Source: Flaccisagitta enflata
Lineage: Eukaryota
Assembly (NCBI GenBank): GCA_965153355.1
Contig: OZ231126.1
Coordinates: 3,596,001 to 3,660,000, forward strand
Length of the DNA: 64,000 nucleotides
Direction of reading: 5' to 3'
Positions within the stretch are counted from its first letter, which is position 1. Every line of letters starts with the position of its first letter. This document shows, piece by piece, positions 24,098-34,500 of this stretch. Both the position numbers and the translations under genes were made by a program. Under the pieces are notes generated by a model. That model was not told where the DNA came from, searched no databases, and saw nothing but the letters and a program-made list of their open reading frames with translations.

Positions 24098-25317
24098 CAT
24101 CCATGGAAATGCTTAAATACAAGTCAGTCTGTAGGTCCACCCTATCAAGCTTTGTTGCTTTAGCAATCAACCAAAAATGTTTGCCCGCTTGAAACTTGTA
24201 AAACAACAGTTTCCTTGAAGTACCGATATAACATGAATTCTGCGGTACTTACAAGACAAATGTAAATTGCTCGTGCCTCCTATGATAAAGTTTGTTACAA
24301 ACCCTTCGCAATTCTTTTCGTATTTGTTCCAGATCTCAAACCTGGATCTCGAACCTGGAGGGAGCACTTGATGGTCCCGATCAATGCCAGAGGACAGCTC
24401 TAACTATACCCTTCCCCTAAAATGTTTTATATATTTTTCTAAAATGCTCTTAAAATTTTGTTTTAAATAGAAGAAAAATGACACATTTAGTAAAAAGTAT
24501 ATACCTGAGGATTTTTGATAGCGTTTCAAAAAACCATATTTTAGGTATGTATGTGTATGTAATGGAAGCTTACACTATATAAATGTCCGTATTTTTTCAG
24601 ATTTTCTTTAAAGTTCAATGTTTCTTATTTGGATAATTGTATGAGTTTTATATAGGATGAATTGTTGCACACATCATATAATCCTGAGGGCGAGGACAAG
24701 GGCTGCTCCTACAGCGATTGGCAAAGCCGGGACTGTGGCTAATTCTATTTTAGTCAATTCTATTTTAGTTCACTGCACGGACAAGATGAAAATCAAGTTT
24801 AACTTTAACTTGCACAAACTGGATGGCTCTTCCTCGATAACTAATTGCTGATTAAAAATATAACAATAATGAGCCGTGCAGCCACAAATATGTAGAGGTT
24901 CTTTTTGCGGTAAAGATATTTTAAATGAAGAATTTTGACTTAGTAGATTTCGTTAATTTTTGACTTAGTATTTTATCCTCTTTTAACAATTGTAAGTTAA
25001 AACCAATCGCTTTCAATGCGTTTTCAATTAAAAAGACACGTCCAACCCTGCCTAACTGGGCCTAGGGGCATGCGACGGTGATTGAATTCTGGTACTTGAC
25101 TTCTATCACTTCCTTGATAATTCTTTAGCGATTTAATCGAGCCGCCAGAATGTTCAAATGAAAGTTGGTGTAAATACAGTGCGGCGCAAAAAAAGCAGGA
25201 TACAGTAATTGTTGTCTGGTCTTGGAAATACGGGGAAATTCATTACAGGAAGACAAATGAAGTTAAAGAATAAAGAATGTAAACTGATACAAGTAGTAAG
25301 GGGAATCAAAAATTTTA

Positions 25318-25884
25318 GGCTATCATCTAGTATCCGGGATTGAGTAAAACTGTTTTATCAAAGACGCATAATGAAAAAGCTCCATTGAAATTGACATCAA
25401 CCATGATCTAAAACAACTGACGCCACCCCTAACCCTAACCCTAACACCACCCCTAACCCTTACCGCACCCCTAACCTTAACCCTAACCCTTATCCCTAAA
25501 CCTACCCCTAACCCCACCCCTAACCCTTACCGCACCCCTAACCTTAACCCTAACCCTTATCCCTAAACCTACCCCTAACCCCAACCCCACCCCTAAACCT
25601 AACCCAACCCCTAACCCCACCCCCAACCCTACCCCTACCCCTTAACCCTAACCCCAACCCCACTCCTAACCCTAACCCTAACCCTAACCTCACGACTAAC
25701 CCTAACCCTAACCCCACTCCTAACCCTAACACCACCCCTAACCCTAACCCCACCTCTAACCCTAAACATAAACAGCGTAAATTGAACGTCAATAACCTTC
25801 CTCGTGCTCGCCCGAGTCCTACAGAAACAAAAGGCTACTGTCTTCGCCTCTGAAAATCTCAATCCCGGATTCTAGATGATTGCC
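25318..25884. mobile_element. TIR element (GG termini, near-8-bp TSD; Merlin-like) containing telomere-like (CCCTAA)n
   Basis: GGCTATCATCTAGTATCCGGGATTGAG ... CTCAATCCCGGATTCTAGATGATTGCC; flanks AAATTTTA/AAATTGTA; degenerate CCCTAA array 25427-25766. Confidence 0.7.
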
Positions 25885-26060
25885 AAATTGTATATTAAGT
25901 CAGACCAGGATTTACATTGGGGTATCTCTCTATAAGCTATCTATTATACAATTTGTCAAAAAATATGAGCAGGGATCAATTTATGTACAAACTAGACTAA
26001 CTTGTTTTAACGTTAACTGTTTAGAAATTATCGTGCGCTGCATTGTTCTCTTTTTTACAG

Positions 26061-26122
26061 TTAAAAACGGAGGCTTCGATTCCGTTTATTACTACACTTC
26101 GCGGAATCTGCGTCTATGTTGA
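26061..26122 (+). CDS. Candidate terminal exon of the peptide precursor: (V)KNGGFDSVYYYTSRNLRLC*
   Basis: Strong TTGTTCTCTTTTTTACAG acceptor, phase 1 compatible; alternative acceptors exist (for example 24600). Confidence 0.35.
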
Positions 26123-26910
26123 GCAGTGGCAGATAATTGCAACGTAGACAAACCGATTGATAGAATGGCATAGCTAGCGAGAAAACCTGTCCTGTACTAA
26201 AGCACAGTTGTAATTGAACTGACAGTCGTTCCTAATTCCTAGTGGTAATCACAGACGCGTACGCGCCAACAGAATTGAGGGCGATCGGAAGGAAGAAACG
26301 AGCCCGGATACACATCTAACCCAGTCGCGTGCAGGGAAGTGTGGGTAGGCATGAGTATCGATGAATAAGGCCGTATAACGGTATAAGGCCAAGCATTTGA
26401 GCAGAGGCTACACAATGTCGCGGCGGACAGGGGCGGAAATGCGCGTGTAAACTCTTTTCTACACTAGCATCACGGACAGACGGTCAGACGCACAGACAAA
26501 AGCTTTTCCGAAAACGCCCGATGAGATTAAGTAAAAATAAAGAATTGACGGATCGCCAAAGTTGGGCGCGTTGGCGAATAAAAGAGGGAGAGGGAAAAAG
26601 AATGAATTGAGGGAGATCACGCTAACCTATTGCGCCTTGTATCGGCTTTTCTTTGGATATTTCTTTCATATCGTTGCATAAGATAGAAACAGTTCTCGAG
26701 AGCGCGAGAAGTGACATAACCGCTCTCTTGATCTTGTGAGCGCGAAGTGACATCGGCAATTCCGCGGTGTTGAGGGAGACTTTTGTGTGGTAATTAAATA
26801 GTCTGGAACAGGTCTGGACAGACGGGGGCGGTCAACCCCATCTAAGAGGAAAAGAAAACAAGTGAATAAAGGAGAAAAAAAAGGGGAAGTAAAAAGTAAA
26901 AAGAAGAAAG

Positions 26911-27079
26911 AAACAAGGCCGGATACACGGCCAATACCAGTTGCGGACGGGTGGGCAGGGGCGGAAATGCGCGTTTTCACACTTTGTGACTCGTGTTCAC
27001 GGACCAACCAACCAACCGACGGACTCACGGACGGACGGACAAAGCCTCTTATAGAGTTGCGTGTCCGCAACTAAAAAAA
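26911..27079 (-). mobile_element. Short HINE, same family as 4569-4735
   Basis: Same ends and core. Confidence 0.75.
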
Positions 27080-27100
27080 GAAGGAAAAGCGCGCGCACAC

Positions 27101-27146
<46 letters not shown>

Positions 27147-27177
27147 TAAGCCTAAGAGGCAAGACATGGTCATGGTC

Positions 27178-27249
<72 letters not shown>

Positions 27250-27284
27250 AAAGTAAGCCTAAGAGGCAAGACATGGTCATGGTC

Positions 27285-27362
<78 letters not shown>

Positions 27363-27390
27363 TAAGCCTAAGAGGCAAGACATGGTCATG
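27101..27390. repeat. Compound repeat: three copies of AAAAGTAAGCCTAAGAGGCAAGACATGGTCATGG separated by (GA)n
   Basis: Seen directly. Confidence 0.9.
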
Positions 27391-28109
27391 GGCGAAAGCC
27401 TGGCAGGGGCAGTAATACATTGAGGTGTATCAGAATGGCCTCGAGGCATCAGATCGTCTGTGCCGCGGTTTCGGGCACGGGGTGGGTGTGGTAGAACACG
27501 AAAATACCCTTGGGGGGCTTCCCAAAGTCGTCCTGTAAGTACTCCACCTCTTAAAAGCTTGCGAAAATGGCCCCAAAGCTGGTGGTGACCTGTCAACTTC
27601 AATTTTTTTTTCGCCAGCCTGTTTTTGATGAATAAGCACATTTTTGGACTCATTGGGGAGCAAAAACATGTAAGAGGGTAGTGGGGTGGGTGGGTGAGGG
27701 GGGTGCCCCATGGGGTGGGGGCAAGGGGGTCAAATTGGCCAAAATTCAGGTCCTGATGGAGGTGGTCGTAAAAAATGACAAAAATTCAAAATACTAATTT
27801 TTTTGGTCAAATTATGTTGTAACTTAATGGTTTTAGCCAAAAAAACAAATCCAAATTGGAATTTTGGTTGAAAAATGCTGTATTACAGTTGTGGTGGTTG
27901 TTGGTGATTTCAACTTTGAAAGCTCATATTTTTTACACTGTTAGGAGAAAATATTTTTGGCTGGTCGCATTCAAAAAAGCATAAAAAAATCTTTCAGAAT
28001 CTCATGAATTTTGTCTAGTTTACTTCAGAAATGGCGCTACAGTGATGTTTCAAAATACAGTGAATATTATGTTTTTCAGGTGTTTGAACGATCACATTTT
28101 GTTGAGCTG

Positions 28110-28529
28110 TTTTTTAGTCGCGTGCACGCGACTCTGCAACCCGCTCCGTCCGTCCGTCCGTCCGTCCGTCCGTCTGTCCGTAACACTTTGCTTTTTTTTG
28201 TCTTTTTGGGTCGTCTGGAGTTATTTTGAGTCATTTTTTTGTTGTTTTTGGGAATTATTGGTTACTTTTAGTCATTTTTGGTTATTTTTGTTCAGTTTTG
28301 GTCATTTTGGTCATTTTTGGTCATTTTTGATTATTTATGATTATTTTTGGTCACACCTACATACCATTACGATGACCTAAAACACTACTAACAAGGCCAA
28401 GTAGGCCAATAAGGTGCGACGTGTGGATCGTCGAACGAATGCATTACCCGACCAACCGACCAACCGACCAACCAACCAACCGACCAACGGCCACAGCCAG
28501 TTAAAGAGGTGCTTTGTCGCACCTAAAAA
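28110..28529. mobile_element. Truncated HINE (28110-28353, +) followed by a short HINE of the AGGTGCGAC family (28390-28529, -)
   Basis: AGTCGCGTGCACGCGACT start; AACAAGGCCAAGTAGGCC ... AGGTGCTTTGTCGCACCTAAAAA. Confidence 0.65.
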
Positions 28530-28571
28530 GCATCTAAATTACAGTCCCACGGCATGAGTGTTATCATACCT

Positions 28572-31500
28572 ATAAGGGTGTAAACCAGCAGAAATCCCAA
28601 TTTTCCCACTTCAAAAGGATATCACTGTAGCCCAACTAGGAAATCCAATGAGATGTAAAAATTCAAGCTGCTGACTGCTCAAACATTGTTCTTTCACTGA
28701 ACCTTGTCAAATTTGTTCAATCTTTCCATTAACGCCTTCATTTCGACCCAGAAAGTTCACACATACTGAATAACAACCCTCACACCAAAGCTAAAATCTT
28801 GCCTCACAACAATTGCAGGCCCCAAATCTTTTTAACACTATCAACAGAATGGCCACAGACAGCAACTCTTTGAGTTTAAAGGAATTCCACGCGGCCAAAG
28901 TAGAGCAATCTCATTTTATATGTTAAAATCGATAAAAATCAATGTTTTTGCATACTACTGACGTCTCAGAAATGACGCTCTAGTCCCTGTCCAAATCTGT
29001 TTTTGAGCGGGGCCATTTGTTTGAAACCTAAGAGAGGGAGTCACTACAGCTGTTTCAACATGATCTAAGATGTTGAGCGCAACGAATATAGGAAAAAGAG
29101 CAATGATAACTGAGACGTGGGGAAAGGCCTTAGTTTGTTGGGGGCTTTCACTCTTTAAACAGTGTTGAGTAGTAGACTTTATGTCAAAAAATGGAGAAAA
29201 ATGTCATTTTTCAAAACAATATTTCAATTTCTATCATAATCAAGCAATAAATCAAAATAAAATACCTTTAAACAGTTTTTAGTCGCGTGCACGCGACTCT
29301 ACAACCCGCTCCGTCGGTCCGTCGGTCGGTCGGTCCGTCCGTAACACTTTGCTTTTTTTGTCGTTTTTTTGTCATTTTGGGTTGTCTGGAGTTATTTTGA
29401 ATCATTTTTTTGGTGTTTATGAGAATTATTGGTTGTTTTTGGTCATTTTTTATCATTTTTGGTCATTTTTGGTCATTTTGGTCATTTTGGTCATTTTGGT
29501 CATTTTGGTCATTTTTGGTCTTTTTTGATCATTTTTAGTCGTTTTTGGTCATTTTTGGTCATTTTTGGTCATTTTTGGTTATTTTTGGTCATTTTTGGTC
29601 ATTTCGGTCAAGGTTTCGGTCTGCTGGTTTAAGTCTGCTGGTTTAAGTCTGCTGGTTTAAGTCTGCTGGTTTAAGTCTGCTGGTTTAAGTCTGCCGGTCT
29701 AAGTCTGCTGGTTTAAGTCTGCTGGTTTAAGTCTGCTGGTTTAAGTCTGCTGGTTTACGTCTGCTGGTTTACGTCTGCTGGTTTAGGTCTGCTGGTTTAA
29801 GTCTGCTGGTTAAAGTCTGCTGGTTTAAGTCTGCTGGTTTAAGTCTGCTGGTTTAAGTCTGCTGGTTTAAGTTGGCTGGTTTAAGTCTGCTGGTTTACGT
29901 CTGCTGGTTTAAGTCTGCTGGTTTAAGTCTGCTGGTTTAGGTCTGCTGGTTTAGGTCTGCTGGTTTAAGTCTGCTGGTTTAAGTCTGCTGGTTTAAGTCT
30001 GCTAGTTCAAGTCTGCTGGTTTAAGTCTGCTGGTTTAACTCTGCTGGTTTAACTCTGCTGGTTTAAGTCTGCTGGTTTGGGTCTGGTTTGGGTCTGGTTT
30101 AAGTCTGGTTTAAGTCTGGTTTAAGTCTGGTTTAAGTCTGGTTTAAGTCTGGTTTAAGTACGGTTTTAGTCTGGTTTAAGTCTGGTTTAAGTCTGGTTTG
30201 AGTCTGGTTTGAGTCTGGTTAGAGTCTGGTTTGAGTCTGGTTAAAGTCTGGATTGAGTCTGGCTTGAGTCTGGTTTAAGTCTGATTAATGTCTGGTTTAA
30301 GTCTGGTTCATGTCTGATTTATGTCTGGTTTAGGTCTGGTTTAGGTCTGGTTACGGTCTGGTTTTGGTCTGGTTTAATTCTGGTTTGATCCTGGTTTGAG
30401 TCTGGTTTGAGTCTGGTTTGAGTTTGGTTTGAGTCTGGGTTGAGTCTGGTTTGGGTCTGGTGTAAGTCTGATTTTCAATAAAAAGATACAATAAGGAGTC
30501 AGGTCAGTTCAGTTATTTTTGTCCTGCACGCGACTTATAGGTGTTGGCCTTGTTTTAAAAAAATTCATGTCACCTTGCCCCTTATATGGGTGTAAACCAG
30601 CAGAAATCCCAATTTTCCCACTTCAAAAGGATATCACTGTAGCCCAACTAGGAAATCCAATGAGATGTAAAAATTCAAGCTGCTGACTGCTCAAACATTG
30701 TTCTTTCACTGAACCTTGTCAAATTTGTTCAATCTTTCCATTAACGCCTTCATTTCGACCCAGAAAGTTCACACATACTGAATAACAACCCTCACACCAA
30801 AGCTAAAATCTTGCCTCACAACAATTGCAGGCCCCAAATCTTTTTAACACTATCAACAGAATGGCCACAGACAGCAACTCTTTGAGTTTAAAGGAATTCC
30901 ACGCGGCCAAAGTAGAGCAATCTCATTTTATATGTTAAAATCGATAAAAATCAATGTTTTTGCATACTACTGACGTCTCAGAAGTAACGCTCTAGTCCAT
31001 GTCCAAATCTGTTTTTGAGCGGGGCCATTTGTTTTAAACCTAAGAGAGGGAGTCACTAAAGCTGTTTCAACATGATCTAAGATGTTGAGCGCAACGAATA
31101 TAGGAAAAAGAGCAATGATAACTGAGACGTAGGGAAAGGCCTTAGTTTGTTGGGGGCTTTCACTCTTTAAACAGTGTTGAGTAGTTGACTTTATGTCAAA
31201 AAATGGGAAAAAATGTCATTTTTCAAAACAATATTTCAATTTCTATCATAATCAAGCTATAAATCAAAATAAAATACCTTTAAACAGTTTTTAAAAAAAA
31301 AATTCATGTCACCTTGCCCCTTATATGGGTGTAAACCAGCAGAAATCCCAATTTTCACACTTCAAAAGGATATCACTGTAGCCCAACAAGGAAATCCAAT
31401 GAGATGTAAAAATTCAAGCTGCTGAATGCTCAAACATTGTTCTTTCACTGAACCTTGTCAAATTTCTTCAATCTTTCCATTAACGCCTTCATTTGGACCC

Positions 31501-34500
31501 AGAAAGTTCACACATACTGAATAACAACCCTCACACCAAAGCTAAAATCTTGCCTCACAACAATTGCAGGCCCCAAATCTTTTTAACACTATCAATAGAA
31601 TGGCCAGAGACAGCAACTCTATGAGTTTAAAGGAATTCCACGCGGCCAAAGTAGAGCAATCTCATTTTATATGTTAAAATCGATAAAAATCAATGTTTTT
31701 GCATACTACTGACGTCTCAGAAATGACGCTCTAGTCCCTGTCCAAATCTGTTTTTGAGCGGGGCCATTTGTTTGAAACCTAAGAGAGGGAGTCACTACAG
31801 CTGTTTCAACATGATCTAAGATGTTGAGCGCAACGAATATAGGAAAAAGAGCAATGATAACTGAGACGTGGGGAAAGGCCTTAGTTTGTTGGGGGCTTTC
31901 ACTCTTTAAACAGTGTTGAGTAGTAGACTTTATGTCAAAAAATGGAGAAAAATGTCATTTTTCAAAACAATATTTCAATTTCTATCATAATCAAGCAATA
32001 AATCAAAATAAAATACCTTTAAACAGTTTTTAGTCGCGTGCACGCGACTCTACAACCCGCTCCGTCGGTCCGTCGGTCGGTCGGTCCGTCCGTAACACTT
32101 TGCTTTTTTTGTCGTTTTTTTGTCATTTTGGGTTGTCTGGAGTTATTTTGAATCATTTTTTTGGTGTTTATGAGAATTATTGGTTGTTTTTGGTCATTTT
32201 TTATCATTTTTGGTCATTTTTGGTCATTTTGGTCATTTTGGTCATTTTGGTCATTTTGGTCATTTTGGTCATTTTTGGTCTTTTTTGATCATTTTTAGTC
32301 GTTTTTGGTCATTTTTGGTCATTTTTGGTCATTTTTGGTTATTTTTGGTCATTTTTGGTCATTTCGGTCAAGGTTTCGGTCTGCTGGTTTAAGTCTGCTG
32401 GTTTAAGTCTGCTGGTTTAAGTCTGCTGGTTTAAGTCTGCTGGTTTAAGTCTGCCGGTCTAAGTCTGCTGGTTTAAGTCTGCTGGTTTAAGTCTGCTGGT
32501 TTACGTCTGCTGGTTTACGTCTGCTGGTTTAGGTCTGCTGGTTTAAGTCTGCTGGTTTAAGTCTGCTGGTTTAAGTCTGCTGGTTTAAGTCTGCTGGTTT
32601 AAGTCTGCTGGTTTAAGTTGGCTGGTTTACGTCTGCTGGTTTACGTCTGCTGGTTTAAGTCTGCTGGTTTAAGTCTGCTGGTTTAGGTCTGCTGGTTTAG
32701 GTCTGCTGGTTTAAGTCTGCTGGTTTAAGTCTGCTGGTTTAAGTCTGCTGGTTTAAGTCTGCTGGTTTAAGTCTGCTGGTTTAAGTCTGCTGGTTTAACT
32801 CTGCTGGTTTAAGTCTGCTGGTTTAAGTCTGCTGGTTTGGGTCTGGTTTGGGTCTGGTTTAAGTCTGGTTTAAGTCTGGTTTAAGTCTGGTTTAAGTCTG
32901 GTTTAAGTCTGGTTTAAGTACGGTTTTAGTCTGGTTTAAGTCTGGTTTAAGTCTGGTTTGAGTCTGGTTTGAGTCTGGTTAGAGTCTGGTTTGAGTCTGG
33001 TTAAAGTCTGGATTGAGTCTGGCTTGAGTCTGGTTTAAGTCTGATTAATGTCTGGTTTAAGTCTGGTTCATGTCTGATTTATGTCTGGTTTAGGTCTGGT
33101 TTAGGTCTGGTTACGGTCTGGTTTTGGTCTGGTTTAATTCTGGTTTGATCCTGGTTTGAGTCTGGTTTGAGTCTGGTTTGAGTTTGGTTTGAGTCTGGGT
33201 TGAGTCTGGTTTGGGTCTGGTGTAAGTCTGATTTTCAATAAAAAGATACAATAAGGAGTCAGGTCAGTTCAGTTATTTTTGTCCTGCACGCGACTTATAG
33301 GTGTTGGCCTTGTTTTAAAAAAAATTCATGTCACCTTGCCCCTTATATGGGTGTAAACCAGCAGAAATCCCAATTTTCCCACTTCAAAAGGATATCACTG
33401 TAGCCCAACTAGGAAATCCAATGAGATGTAAAAATTCAAGCTGCTGACTACTCAAACATTGTTCTTTCACTGAACCTTGTCAAATTTGTTCAATCTTTCC
33501 ATTAACGCCTTCATTTGGACCCAGAAAGTTCACACATACTGAATAACAACCCTCACACCAAAGCTAAAATCTTGCCTCACAACAATTGCAGGCCCCAAAT
33601 CTTTTTAACACTATCAATAGAATGGCCAGAGACAGCAACTCTATGAGTTTAAAGGAATTCCACGCGGCCAAAGTAGAGCAATCTCATTTTATATGTTAAA
33701 ATCGATAAAAATCAATGTTTTTGCATACTACTGACGTCTCAGAAATGACGCTCTAGTCCCTGTCCAAATCTGTTTTTGAGCGGGGCCATTTGTTTTAAAC
33801 CTAAGAGAGGGAGTCACTACAGCTGTTTCAACATGATCTAAGATGTTGAGCGCAACGAATATAGGAAAAAGAGCAATGATAACTGAGACGTAGGGAAAGG
33901 CCTTAGTTTGTTGGGGGCTTTCACTCTTTAAACAGTGTTGAGTAGTAGACTTTATGTCAAAAAATGGGAAAAAATGTCATTTTTCAAAACAATATTTCAA
34001 TTTCTATCATAATCAAGCAATAAATCAAAATAAAATACCTTTAAACAGTTTTTTTAAAAAAAATTCATGTCACCTTGCCCCTTATATGGGTGTAAACCAG
34101 CAGAAATCCCAATTTTCACACTTCAAAAGGATATCACTGTAGCCCAACTAGGAAATCCAATGAGATGTAAAAATTCAAGCTGCTGAATGCTCAAACATTG
34201 TTCTTTCACTGAACCTTGTCAAATTTCTTCAATCTTTCCATTAACGCCTTCATTTAGACCCAGAAAGTTCACACATACTGAATAACAACCCTCACACCAA
34301 AGCTAAAATCTTGCCTCACAACAATTGCAGGCCCCAAATCTTTTTAACACTATCAATAGAATGGCCAGAGACAGCAACTCTATGAGTTTAAAGGAATTCC
34401 ACGCGGCCAAAGTAGAGCAATCTCATTTTATATGTTAAAATCGATAAAAATCAATGTTTTTGCATACTACTGACGTCTCAGAAATGACGCTCTAGTCCAT

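Noticed and set aside
25427-25766. True telomere or fusion site
   Set aside because: Short, degenerate, single orientation and enclosed by TIRs
27101-27390. CRISPR-like array (constant ~35-bp repeat with spacers)
   Set aside because: Spacers are pure (GA)n, only three copies, eukaryotic context and no cas genes
26997-27653. 218-aa minus-strand ORF
   Set aside because: Runs through (CT)n and a HINE; no recognisable domain
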